Part shown: positions 27,351 to 40,164 of the stretch, piece after piece | Position numbering within the stretch: position 1 is the first letter of the stretch | How the letters are laid out: each line of letters opens with the position of its first letter | The notes under the pieces: model-generated | Told to the model about the DNA's origin: nothing | Database searches by the model: none | The model's input: only the letters and a program-made list of their open reading frames with translations | Translations under genes and position numbers: made by a program | Assembly: GCF_001194135.2 (NCBI RefSeq) | Contig: NC_068985.1 | Location: 83,013,247 to 83,077,246, forward strand | Direction: 5' to 3' | DNA from: Octopus bimaculoides | Taxonomy: Eukaryota | DNA: 64,000 nt

Positions 27351-27975
27351 AATGGATATATAATACTGTACACATCAATTAATATATATATATATATATA
27401 TATATTTACACACAGAAAAAAATCTCACCTGTCTGTATTTCTGAAATTACATTTTATGAGCCATTTCCCAATTAAGGATAGTAGGTTGTAACTAAAGGGA
27501 AATTTGCCTACTGTGTCTTGAAGTTTCTACATTCCTTCATTGGCTCTAAGTAGTCATTATTATTTTATATTCACAGGTCAGTTATAGTTGAAAGAATACG
27601 AAAGATAATCCATCCCTAATATTCTCATAGCTTTTATATCAGGGACTATAATGTTCTAAGTCTTTATTCAAGATGGTAGGGTGTGATTTATGTAGGTGTT
27701 TGGCTGCTATTTTCAACAGATTGAGTAATCATGTGTCAACAACCTGTTCAGAAAAATTGTCTGCAGCATATTCCTTCTTTTCTCCCTCCTCCTATCACCC
27801 CTTCTTCTTCTTTCTCTTAAATTTTCCATTGCATATCTGCAGGGCAGATAGTTGAACTAACAGGTTAGTCAGTTCATTGCTTCACATTTGGTGATCGCCT
27901 ATAGGGACAGTGTGCGTTTTGACTTAATTAGGTAGGTAAGGTTTAGATGAGGAGGTTTTTAGAACCACATGTACA

Positions 27976-28066
<91 letters not shown>

Positions 28067-28229
28067 ACCATTATTCATAAGATTTCCTCTTTATTTCAGT
28101 GATAGCTGAAGTATTCTACACCATCTGTCTTAATGAGTTTTCCCATAAAGTGTCATAAAATATCAATTTACACACAAAAACGAAAGTAGATGAAGAGTTG
28201 CAGTAAGGTACCATCCAATGGTATTACTA

Positions 28230-29160
28230 ATTCAATGATGACGTTGGTGATGGTGATGATGATAGTGGTGGTGATGATGATGGTGGTGGCAGCGGTAGCG
28301 GCGATACGACTTTTGTGATTGGTAGTGTTGGATCTTAGGTACAAGCCTAATCTAATCAAAACAGATCTACAAGTAAAAAAAGGCAACCCAGCAGTTGATC
28401 ATCCCAACATTTTATTCAGTCTGTCACAATATATCTAGGATTATATGATTCAAAGTATCTTTCTTTCATTTAAGATTGTAAATTCTGAGTTTGAGAGAGA
28501 TTTAGCTACCATTTCCAAATAGGTTAAATTAGGATGTTGAAATGCTCACATTGGTTTGTGATGACAGGGATAATAATTATGATGACGATGGCGGTGAAGG
28601 CAATGATGGTGATGATCAAAAGGGTAACAAGGGAAGAAATGAAGGAGATGGTTGTAGTGGAAGTAGAAGAAATGGTGGTAGTGGTTGTGTTGATGGTGGT
28701 GGTTGTGGTGATGATGATGGTGGTAGAGGCAGCAGCAATCATTATAATGCTGTTGTTTTGCTGCTGGTGTAGTTGTTGTTGTTGCTGGTGATGGTAGTAG
28801 TAGCAGCAGCAGAAACAATGTTAATGATGGTGGTGATGATGGAAGAATAGTAATGGTAGGAGTGGTAGTAGTGATGATTATAAAGGATGATAGTAGTGGT
28901 GCTGGTGGTGGTTGCAGCAGCAGCATTGATAATGGTGATGGTAGCGGCAGTGGCAGTGTTGGCAGTGGTATTGGTGGTGGTTTGGTGTTGGTATTGTCAC
29001 TGCAATAGCTGTGATGATAATGTTGATGATGGTGGTAGTGTTGGCGGAGGCTGCTGCAATAGCAGTGACGATAATGTTGATGGTGATGATGGTAGTACTG
29101 GTGATGGTATTGGTGGTGGTGTTGATAGTGGTGATGGTGTTGGGTTTCCTAGAAATGATA
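28230..29160. repeat. (GAT/GGT/GTT)n cryptic low-complexity tract
   Basis: Directly visible. Confidence 0.9.
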
Positions 29161-29642
29161 ATTAGGCCTGAAATGATAGAACACTTGAAGGAATATCTTG
29201 CAGTATGAATTTCATTTTTTGTATTTCATTTGCAAGATTCTTGAAGTGAACTTGTGTGTTGAAACATATTTTGCTGTATCTCAGGGGAATCATTATGCTA
29301 ATAACAAACACAAACTGGTTCTGTTTGCATTTCTTTATCCACTATTAGTCAACTATTTGACCAGTTAACTAATCGATTGCTTGATTAATCATTTGGTTAA
29401 CCAATCAATCAATCAATCAGGTTTGTCAAAGTCTTTTCTCCATCATTCATGATTTCATCAGTGTTATGTCTTCTCTAGTCCTGGTTTGCTTCAGACTTTG
29501 CTTCAGACCTATGTGTGTGCTTGTGTGTGTCTGTGTGTGAATGATAGAGCACAAATGATCTGAGACAGAAACTGGGCATTGAAACAGTTGACCAATGGAT
29601 GCATATAAGATATGTGATATAGATTGACATAAAATGTTGAGT

Positions 29643-29820
29643 AGGCGCAGACGTGGCTGTTGGGTAAGATGTTTGCTTCTCAATTGCATGGTTCCAGGTT
29701 CAGTCCTACTGCATGACACTATGGGGAAGTGTCTACTACAACTTCAGGTTGACCAAAGCCTTGTGAGTGGATTTGGAAGACAGAAAGTGAAAGAAGCCCA
29801 TATATATATATATATATATA
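29643..29820 (+). mobile_element. SINE B 5' half ending in (TA)n
   Basis: AGGCGCAGACGTGGCTGTTGGGTAAG..AAAGAAGCCCATATATA. Confidence 0.85.
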
Positions 29821-29983
29821 NNNNNNNNNNNNNNNNNNNNNNNNNNNNNNNNNNNNNNNNNNNNNNNNNNNNNNNNNNNNNNNNNNNNNNNNNNNNNNNN
29901 NNNNNNNNNNNNNNNNNNNNNNNNNNNNNNNNNNNNNNNNNNNNNNNNNNNNNNNNNNNNNNNNNNNNNNNNNNNTATATATA

Positions 29984-31217
29984 CAGGGTGCATAAGATAT
30001 TTGAGGACAGATTTATGTTCATAAAAACACAGATATATAAGAACAGATAATAACTTTATTTATCAAAAAATGCTATGAGGATAAAAATAAACCTTCTTTT
30101 CTATAATGTTATTCAATAAAGCCACCTTCAGCTTCAACACCGCTTCTATATGAGATTTAAATTATCTACATGCTCAAATCAAGTGGTCCTGGTTCATTTT
30201 AGACATTATTCTGAGTATGGCAGCTTTCAAAGAATCTTTGGTGTTATGAGCATGTTCATTAACCTCTCTCAACAATACTCCACATGTAATAGTCAAATGG
30301 ATTGAGATCTGGAGAATTAGGAGGCCAAATGTTAGGGGTTGTATGATCATGAAAATTTTCAGCCATCCATTCCTGTGTTACTAGAGCCATGTGTGATAGT
30401 GCAGAGTCTTACTGAAACACCTATGGCCTTCCATTGCATATACTGTCTATCCAGGGCTTAACAATTATTTCCAGGACTCTACGGCCTTGTGGAAAAAAGT
30501 AAGGAAGCATCACATGTCCTTCATTGCTGACCACTCCTAGAACTATAACGATTACAGGAAATTTGTTATGCATAACACTTAGAACTTCAAAAGGGTCTGC
30601 ACATAACTATCTGTCATTTCTTCTGTTAACTTTTTGATCTTGGTCGAAGTTTTTCTCGTTTGAGAAAAACCTAATCAAATCTTGTGGGTTTTTCAGTTTG
30701 TTTAAGAGCCTTTTAGATCTGATGTAGTGATTTTCTTTTGCTTTTTCTCTGACAAATTGGTGTTTCCTCATCATATATGACTTATATCTGATGTCTTCAT
30801 GGACAAAATTTCTGACTGTTCCCTCTGACATATGGAAATCTTTTGCAATTGACCTCATGCATTTTCTGGGATTGTAATCAATGGTCTGTTGAACTTGCTT
30901 GATAAATTCAGGTGTTCTAATGATTTCAGATCGTTTAGAATGCTTTTTATGCTTTGGTACAGGTGATACGATTCCATATTCAGTCTCTAGTTCTTTACAA
31001 ACTCTGTAGACGAAAGATCTGGCAACTTTTAAAAATTGAGATATTTCTAAATCGCTATGCTCAGCCTTTATAACCACAATAACAGCATGCCTCTTTATTT
31101 CTTGAGTAACGTGAGTGTCTGCCATTAATATTTTCTGAAACAGAGATTATACAGAGTTAGCAAAAACTGCAGCAATGACCCAAAATAAGTATGTCCTCAA
31201 ATACCTTACGCACCCTG
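29984..31217 (-). mobile_element. Full-length (1234 bp) Tc1/mariner element, DD37D maT family, inactive
   Basis: TA-flanked TIRs of about 33 bp (CAGGGTGC[A/G]TAAG[A/G]TATTTGAGGACA); transposase with FSNEK (D to N), Q*DSA and WPPNSPDLNPFDY; 37 residues counted between D2 and D3. Confidence 0.93.
30115..31125 (-). pseudogene. maT transposase pseudogene
   Basis: 172-aa N-terminal ORF (HTH region) continues in broken frames to ..EREVNEHAHNTKDSLKAAI; several stops. Confidence 0.88.
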
Positions 31218-31339
31218 TATATATATATAATTACTGATGAGCTTTAATTTCAACTAAAATTGGCTTGCCAATATAGTATCCTCACTCACTGTGGAGTGGT
31301 TAACTCTTGTCAATACATAGACTTGTGTTGTGTTATGGA

Positions 31340-31715
31340 GCTCTGCCTTAAAGAGTTTTTAGTTAAAGAAATCAACCTCAGGACTTATACTTTGGTAAGC
31401 CTAGTGCTTAATCTATCGGTCTCTTTTGTCGAAACACTACATTACAGGGATGTAAACACACTAACATCGGTTGTGAAGTTTTAGTGGGGAGGACAAATAC
31501 AGACAGAAAGACACACACAAACATATACACACATATACATACATATATAAATGTATATATATATATATATATATAAATTCTACCAAATCCACTCACAAGG
31601 CACTGGTTGACCTGAAACTATAGTAAAAGACACTTGCCCGAGTTGTCATGCAGTGGGACTGAACCTGGAACCATGTTGTTGGGAAACAAGTGTCTTACCA
31701 CACAGCCATGCCTGT
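31340..31715 (-). mobile_element. SINE B, near full length
   Basis: Family B head, internal (TA)n and body motifs. Confidence 0.85.
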
Positions 31716-33104
31716 GCCTCTTCTGTATATTATGATTATATATAGACAGTGATTATATATATAGACAATGTTTGAATCTGAATCCTTTCATTTCTTTTTA
31801 TTGTTAATGCTTTGGTGTCCTTCAGACATCCAGATGTCCTTCAGACATCCAGATGTCCTCTAGATCTTTATTTTTTTTCTCTCTTAGAGATGGAGGAAAT
31901 GTGTGTGTGTGTGGACGGGGGATAACATCTCAAAACTAACCACCCTCTATCATACGATCCCCACATGATAAGTACCAGACATCAACTTGAATAACTAATT
32001 AAATTGCGTGAAAAACAGGAATCAAGTTTCTCCCCTATCATATTGAAGATGAGCAAGAAAAAAAAAAGAAAAAAGAAAACAATAAAACAGAATTAGGGAT
32101 CATTTCTCTAGTGAGGTAAGGGACCCTGAAGGGATAGAAATTCTGGCATATGATATATGTGTGTGTTACTTGATACCTGACATTCAATATCTTATTTCTA
32201 TCTCATTTTCTGTTTGTGGGAGTGTGTCAGTCAGTGGTTATGTGCAAGTGGGTATGTATGTATATATATATGTATATATNNNNNNNNNNNNNNNNNNNNN
32301 NNNNNNNNNNNNNNNNNNNNNNNNNNNNNNNNNNNNNNNNNNNNNNNNNNNNNNNNNNNNNNNNNNNNNNNNNNNNNNNNNNNNNNNNNNNNNNNNNNNN
32401 NNNNNNNNNNNNNNNNNNNNNNNNNNNNNNNNNNNNNNNNNNNNNNNNNNNNNNNNNNNNNNNNNNNNNNNNNNNNNNNNNNNNNNNNNNNNNNNNNNNN
32501 NNNNNNNNNNNNNNNNNNNNNNNNNNNNNNNNNNNNNNNNNNNNNNNNNNNNNNNNNNNNNNNNNNNNNNNNNNNNNNNNNNNNNNNNNNNNNNNNNNNN
32601 NNNNNNNNNNNNNNNNNNNNNNNNNNNNNNNNNNNNNNNNNNNNNNNNNNNNNNNNNNNNNNNNNNNNNNNNNNNNNNNNNNNNNNNNNNNNNNNNNNNN
32701 NNNNNNNNNNNNNNNNNNNNNNNNNNNNNNNNNNNNNNNNNNNNNNNNNNNNNNNNNNNNNNNNNNNNNNNNNNNNNNNNNNNNNNNNNNNNNNNNNNNN
32801 NNNNNNNNNNNNNNNNNNNNNNNNNNNNNNNNNNNNNNNNNNNNNNNNNNNNNNNNNNNNNNNNNNNNNNNNNNNNNNNNNNNNNNNNNNNNNNNNNNNN
32901 NNNNNNNNNNNNNNNNNNNNNNNNNNNNNNNNNNNNNNNNNNNNNNNNNNNNNNNNNNNNNNNNNNNNNNNNNNNNNNNNNNNNNNNNNNNNNNNNNNNN
33001 NNNNNNNNNNNNNNNNNNNNNNNNNNNNNNNNNNNNNNNNNNNNNNNNNNNNNNNNNNNNNNNNNNNNNNNNNNNNAACACAGTCTGTTAAAGTCTGTCA
33101 TACC

Positions 33105-33148
33105 GGCCATGATGAAATACCACAAGGTATAGAAAATACGTATTCGCC
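33105..33148 (+). ncRNA. Minimal HHR with an extra core nucleotide (C-A-UGAUGA)
   Basis: GGC-CAUGAUGA-A-AUACC-ACAA-GGUAU-A-GAAA-AUACGUAU-UC-GCC; all three stems pair; downstream 33150-33360 is homologous to 45790-45950. Confidence 0.7.
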
Positions 33149-33476
33149 TTTATATATTTAATCCTTTATATTGAACACTCAATATTTCATCTATTCAATA
33201 AGACATATTCCATATATTCAATAAGACATTCAATACTTTATTTCATTGTACCATCCATTTTTATATTATATATTGTATATTCCATATTCTATATCCCACA
33301 TTAATTTTACAAGAATATAAATAAAGCATAAAAAACAGAGTTGGAACTCTTTTAAACAAAATAATATATATATATATATTTATATATATTCATATATATT
33401 TATATATGTATGTATGTACATGTATGTATGTACATGTGTGTGTGTGTGTGTGTGCATATATATGGATATATATATA

Positions 33477-33653
33477 GGTGCAGGCAATGCTGTGTGGTAA
33501 GAAGTTTCCTTCCTAACTGCATGGTTTCAGGTTCAGTTCCACAGTATGGTACCTTGTGCAAGTATCTTCTACTATATCATGCCGAATCTCCCTCAGGGTT
33601 ACCAAAGCCTCGCAAGTGGGTTTGGTATACAGAAGATGAAAGAAACCCATTGT

Positions 33654-33660
<7 letters not shown>
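33477..33660 (+). mobile_element. SINE B 5' half
   Basis: Family B motifs. Confidence 0.85.
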
Positions 33661-33692
<32 letters not shown>

Positions 33693-33859
33693 CACATACA
33701 TACTTATATAATATCTATGAAAAGAGAATTAGGAGAAAGAGAGAGAGAAATCTATATAAATAAATGCATATAGAATTTGCAATGTATACAACTACTTTAT
33801 ATATAAAATAGTAAGTCCCAAAAAGCACAACGCTGCATGGACGTGGTACATGTTAAGTA

Positions 33860-33965
33860 TTAGCAGATGGTCATGGAAGGAAAGAAAGATGGTTTAACGT
33901 TTCGAGCAGAGGTTTTCTTCAAAAGTAAAGGAAGACGGAGGAAGAAATTCGCTGAATGTGTATAT
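33860..33965 (-). mobile_element. PLE-like remnant with a decayed HHR (33893-33925)
   Basis: Reverse complement ..UUGAAGA..GCUC-GAAA-CGUU-AAA; flank GGAAGACGGAGGAAGAAA also occurs at about 63040. Confidence 0.45.
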
Positions 33966-34350
33966 GTATGTATATATAATATATAGNNNNNNNNNNNNNN
34001 NNNNNNNNNNNNNNNNNNNNNNNNNNNNNNNNNNNNNNNNNNNNNNNNNNNNNNNNNNNNNNNNNNNNNNNNNNNNNNNNNNNNNNNNNNNNNNNNNNNN
34101 NNNNNNNNNNNNNNNNNNNNNNNNNNNNNNNNNNNNNNNNNNNNNNNNNNNNNNNNNNNNNNNNNNNNNNNNNNNNNNNNNNNNNNNNNNNNNNNNNNNN
34201 NNNNNNNNNNNNNNNNNNNNNNNNNNNNNNNNNNNNNNNNNNNNNNNNNNNNNNNNNNNNNNNNNNNNNNNNNNNNNNNNNNNNNNNNNNNNNNNNNNNN
34301 NNNNNNNNNNNNNNNNNNNNNNNNNNNNNNNNNNNNNNNNNNATATACAC

Positions 34351-34385
<35 letters not shown>

Positions 34386-34394
34386 TATATATAT

Positions 34395-34750
34395 GGTCCC
34401 GGGTTCAGTCCCACTGCGTGGCATCTTGGGCAAGTGTCTTCTACTATAGCCTCAGGCCGACCAAAGCCTTGTGAGTAGATTTGGTAGACGGAAACTGAAA
34501 GAAGCCCGTCGTATATATGTATATATATATATGTATGTGTGTATGTGTTTGTGTGTTTGTGTTTGTCCCCCCAACATCGCTTGACAACCGATGCTGGTGT
34601 GTTTATGTCCCCGTAACTTAGCGGTTCGGCAAAAGAGACCGATAGAATAAGTACTAGGCTTCTAGAGAATAAGTCCTTGGGTTGATTTGCTCGACTAAAG
34701 CCGGTGCTCCAGCATGGCCACAGTCTGAAACAAGTAAAAGAGTAAAGAGT
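34395..34750 (+). mobile_element. SINE B, 5'-truncated, low divergence
   Basis: Retains CpGs, e.g. GGCCGACCAAAGCC and GAAGCCCGTCG. Confidence 0.9.
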
Positions 34751-34761
34751 ATATATATACA

Positions 34762-34801
<40 letters not shown>

Positions 34802-35259
34802 ATAATGAGAATAATGATGGTACATAACATCATCATTATTATCATCAATATCTATTATTTGCTTATCATGCTGGCAAGGGTTGGATGGTTTGACAGGAAA
34901 TGGCAAACCAGAGACTGACTGTATTGAGCTCTACAATCTGTGCCCTCACGAAGTAAAAACTAATCCATCACTTGCAGCGAAGACTTGGTAGTAAGTACCA
35001 TGCTTTTGCTAGGATGATGGGGATGTAACAGCTGGAGAATGGATGGCTGCACTAGTGGTCAGCTGGTACTGTTTTTCTGGGGATTAGAGTGAATCAAGTT
35101 CAAAATCAAGTGCCTTGATCCAAGATAATGGTATTACACAGACTAAGAATCCAACCTACATAACCTTACTATCATGAGATTAATAGCTAAACTACTAGGC
35201 CTTGGAATATATATGCATACACATACACACTAACACACACACACACATGCACACAAGTA

Positions 35260-35465
35260 TTGGCATGGCTCTGTGGTTTAGAGGCTTGCTTCTCAAACAA
35301 GTGACTTTGGGTTCAGTCCTACTGCATGAAATTTTTGCACTTGGTTCCAAGTTCAGTCACACTGCATTGTATCTTAGGCAAGTGTTTTCTACTATAGCCT
35401 TGGCCTGACTAAAGCCTTGTGAGTGGTTTTGGTAGACGGAAACAGAAAGAAGCTTGTCGTATATA
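35260..35465 (+). mobile_element. SINE B 5' half with a partial internal duplication
   Basis: GGTTCAGTCCTACTGCAT followed by a second AGTTCAGTCACACTGCAT. Confidence 0.8.
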
Positions 35466-35631
35466 TAGATATATATATATATTATTATATGTATTTATTT
35501 TCTCCTAATTAATAAATAACTCGGACAAAATAAATTGGTTAATAGATACCAGGGTAGCAAAGATCACAAAATAACTGTGGTGTAACTCCTGTTTATGAGG
35601 TAGAAACTCCTTGATATTTTGGGTACTTGAG

Positions 35632-35874
35632 TATATATAAATTTAATGAATGGAGTAAAACGCATATTTTAACTGCATACTTTTATTTCCAACATATGTT
35701 TCGAAGAATTACAAATTATACCATCCATAGGAATCGGCGATGTTAAAAATGTAATCTTCCTTTCAGGGAAATGCATGGGAATCAGCTTAAATGTAAGACA
35801 TTTGAAACATATGTTGGAAATAAAAGTATGCAGTTAAAATATGCGTTTTACTCCATTCATTAAATTTATATATA
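35632..35874. repeat. Fold-back element with perfect 71-bp arms and an HHR-like fold (minus strand, 35686-35771)
   Basis: 35632-35702 is the exact reverse complement of 35804-35874. Confidence 0.9.
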
Positions 35875-36199
35875 TATATGGATGTATGTGTGTGTATATC
35901 ATATTTGGGTGTGTATGTGTATATTTGGATGTATGTGTGCGTATATCATATTTGGATGCAAACATACATGTACGTATATGCACACACACACACTAACCCA
36001 CACGCTTGAGCACAAACAAGCAAAAAGGAATGCAGTGTGAGTAAAAGACAGTCGAAACTATTGAAGAAGTTGCAAGATGCATCGAAAATTTTAGAAAAAT
36101 AAAGAAGGAAATGAGTGGAAATAATTTTATCGGTGAGTGTGTGAAATCATAAGGCACTAAAAGAGAATGAATCTCCCCAGACACAACAGTATATATATA

Positions 36200-36410
36200 T
36201 ATATATCTTTTATCTTTCACATGTTTCAGACTGTGGCCTTGCTGGGGCACTGCCTTGAAGAATTTATGGTCAAATCCCAGTACTTTTTTTTAAGCTTAGT
36301 ACTTATTCTATCAATCGCTTTAGCTGAACTGCTAAGTTACGGGGACATAAACACACCAACACCGGTTGTCAAGTGGTGGAGGGGGGGACAAACATGAACA
36401 CAAATACATA
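36200..36410 (-). mobile_element. SINE B 3' half
   Basis: Family B tail motifs. Confidence 0.8.
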
Positions 36411-36440
<30 letters not shown>

Positions 36441-36446
<6 letters not shown>

Positions 36447-37317
36447 TTCGTTTATATTTATATAAGGGGCATTACTACAGAACAATGCCACACACTGGAC
36501 TTCCCAAAATAAACACATTTAGTACTGAATGTGAGGAAAACAACCAACAGAAGAAGATCAACTTTCTTTTAAATAACTCAACTATGTATCGACTGATTTC
36601 GTGATTACCAGAATTAATCGAGACTCCGCTCATCAGCATAGTATTGTTAAAAAATATATATAAACAAACAGAATTCTCACCTTACCAAAAACGAACACTC
36701 TTCGTATCCGACAAAGCAAAGGGAATGAAGTTTATCTGCATACATCTTCATCAAAGAAGCGGGAATACTACTGGGTTGTTTTTATGGTACACGTGTGGAG
36801 ACAGGAATAAAAAATTCAGCATTGAATATATTCCGTGTATATATTTGATTAATAAATTCAAAAATGGATAAAAAAACTTTTACAAGAATTTTATCAGGAA
36901 GCTAGTGTGTAAAAAAATTCATAAGGGAAATTTCTATTCCCAAGAATATAATTATTCGTTTATATTTATATAAGGGGCATTACTACATAATAATGACACA
37001 CACTGGATTTCCCAAAATAAACACATTTAGTACCGAATGCGAGGAAAACAACCAACAGAAGAAGACCAACTTTCTTTTAAATAACTCAACTATGTATCGA
37101 CCGATTTCGCGATTACTAGAATTAATCTAGACTTGGTATTCTTCTGTTGGTTGTTTTCCTCGCATTCGGTACTAAATGTGTTATTTTGGGAAGTCCAGTG
37201 TGTGGCATTATTCTGTAGTAATGCCCCTTATATAAATATAAACGAATAATTATATTCTTGGGAATAGAAATTTCCCTTATGGATCTTTTTACACACTGGC
37301 TTCCTGATAAAATTCTT
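36441..37317 (-). mobile_element. PLE/retrozyme-like locus: 508-bp-period direct repeat plus inverted copy
   Basis: 36441-36620 repeats at 36949-37127; 37139-37317 is the reverse complement of about 36885-37052. Confidence 0.85.
36581..36642 (-). ncRNA. Type-I HHR with canonical core
   Basis: ACUAUG-CUGAUGA-G..GAUUA/UAAUC..C-GAAA-UCAGUCGAU-A-CAUAGU; perfect 6-bp stem I. Confidence 0.85.
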
Positions 37318-37717
37318 NNNNNNNNNNNNNNNNNNNNNNNNNNNNNNNNNNNNNNNNNNNNNNNNNNNNNNNNNNNNNNNNNNNNNNNNNNNNNNNNNNN
37401 NNNNNNNNNNNNNNNNNNNNNNNNNNNNNNNNNNNNNNNNNNNNNNNNNNNNNNNNNNNNNNNNNNNNNNNNNNNNNNNNNNNNNNNNNNNNNNNNNNNN
37501 NNNNNNNNNNNNNNNNNNNNNNNNNNNNNNNNNNNNNNNNNNNNNNNNNNNNNNNNNNNNNNNNNNNNNNNNNNNNNNNNNNNNNNNNNNNNNNNNNNNN
37601 NNNNNNNNNNNNNNNNNNNNNNNNNNNNNNNNNNNNNNNNNNNNNNNNNNNNNNNNNNNNNNNNNNNNNNNNNNNNNNNNNNNNNNNNNNNNNNNNNNNN
37701 NNNNNNNNNNNNNNNNN

Positions 37718-37771
<54 letters not shown>

Positions 37772-38406
37772 GTATATATATATATATATATTCATGTATG
37801 CATGCTAGATATATATGTTAAATATACATGTATATAGATGTATATTTATCAGTCTATCTGTTTATGTATCTGACTACATATATGTATTCATTATATATGT
37901 GTACATGTACATATATATGCCTACAAAAATATAGAAAATGTGTGAGAAGAGTGACATATACGCATGTTAGATATATAGATGTAATCATGCAAAGATATAT
38001 GACCATGTATCACACACACACACACACACACACTCATATACATAGAGATGCATAGACACACATATTCACTCATACACCCACTTACAATGTATTTGTGAAG
38101 CCCTCAAGAGAAAATGAGAATTTGAAGTATTCCAGTGTTTCCCTAGGGCATGAGCCATAGAAGTGGGACAGTTTCCTTTGAGAATTGAAATCAGCACCTT
38201 ATATAAAAGTGAACATGTATATATGTATGTACGCATGTATGTATGTTCGGATAGATGGACTGATGAATGAATGTATGCACACATACATATGTACATATGC
38301 ATGTACACATAGAAATATATGTATGTATTTGTGTATGTGTAAATTATACACACACACATCTATATAAACATGCTCACGTATATATAAATATAGATGTACA
38401 TACATT

Positions 38407-38492
<86 letters not shown>

Positions 38493-38652
38493 NNNNNNNN
38501 NNNNNNNNNNNNNNNNNNNNNNNNNNNNNNNNNNNNNNNNNNNNNNNNNNNNNNNNNNNNNNNNNNNNNNNNNNNNNNNNNNNNNNNNNNNNNNNNNNNN
38601 NNNNNNNNNNNNNNNNNNNNNNNNNNNNNNNNNNNNNNNNNNNNNNNNNNNN

Positions 38653-38683
<31 letters not shown>

Positions 38684-40164
38684 GATAGATAGAGAGAGAG
38701 AGAGAGATATTGATAGGCTGAGAGAGAAATTGAAACCCTCATAGACATATTTACTTAAATGTAGTTATGATATTTCAGATATCTGGAGAAAAAGATTTTG
38801 TCTTTAAGCATTTGATGAGGTGGGCTTATCCAGTGCCCATGAAACTAATTCAGATCTGAGTCCCACTGTCATAAAATACATGTAACTCCAACTAAATGTT
38901 CTGAATGCTACTTTCTTTCATTCAATCATACACACACACATATATATATGTGTGTGTGTGTGTATGTGTGCATGTGCTTTAAGCTGTGTATTTACCTCTT
39001 CAGCAAAGCACCAGCTTATGTTTCACTATCACACCATTTCTGTCAGTAGTATACAGCACTCAGTTTAGGGGTCTTGTCTTGCAAGTTATTTGGTGACCTC
39101 ATTAGTGCTGGTGTTAGAAAGAAAAAGCACCTATGATTTTCTGTGAAGTTGTTGACATTAAGAAGGGCTTCCAGCTGCAGAAACCACGACAAAGCAGGTA
39201 CTGGAGCTCTGGTCCATCAGTTCCTGGTGAATCATCCAACTCATGCCAGCATGGAAAAAGAGACGTTAAGTGAGGAGATATATGTTTTTAATCAGCAGAA
39301 TAACTACAAAAGTGACTCGAAGGCTAGTAGTTTCATGCTTGGTTTCTTTACCTCCATTATAAAATTGTAATTTGTAACGCTGGAACCTGAAATGAAATTT
39401 GGCCTTTCCTTCTCCCAGAGTTACTGAAATATATACCAGTAATATACTAGATTAAATTCAATAAATCGTCTCCTTTTCCATTTTCCATTGATTTACCTTG
39501 AGCCAATACTACAGAAAATCTCAGTTTACCTTTTACTTTAGCAATGAGAAATCAACTTTCTCCAGTTTACCTTGTGCCTCACCAATAAATAATATATCAA
39601 GCTTCTCCCTTTGTTGCTTTATAACTAATGAGTTAAAAATAAGGTTGGCCAAGACATATGCATCGTTAGCATAGATTCTAAAAATGCCATGGGTCATGCA
39701 AGGTGCTAAAGATCATGCAAATGCACATGTCTCATATAGAGGAGGTTTCATATTATAGTCTGAGCCGCATTTGTTTTGACTCTATTATTTGATAAACCAC
39801 ACTAAACATAAAGAAAGCGAAACAAAGGAGGAGAATTTGTTCATAAATTATTTAGTTACATCATCATATGTACATTTCATTAACAATGAAAATTCATCAG
39901 TTATATAAAGAAAACGTTTGAAGCTAATAGCATTGTCAATTCTGCAGAGATTGCATATGTTCATTAGTGATCTTTAGTATTCATACCCTTGTTGTTGTAG
40001 TCAGTACTATGACACTGTCAGCAGTATGACTTCTAGTCCAGTATGACCCCCTAAAGATCATTAATGAGAGATAAGCAATCTCTGAAGATTCGACAATGGA
40101 ATTGGCTTATGAATATTTTTTTTTAATGTAACATATTTTCATTGTTAATGAAACAGCCTGCTCA

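Noticed and set aside
28100-28160. Possible continuation exon for the 24877/27843 chain
   Set aside because: In-frame stop after 19 codons; gives only a short unrecognised peptide
29230-29290. CTTGAAGT..GAAACATATT hammerhead-like motif
   Set aside because: Core and stem I too degraded to call
31234-31262. CTGATGAGC motif (another at about 42361)
   Set aside because: No paired GAAA or stem I; expected by chance
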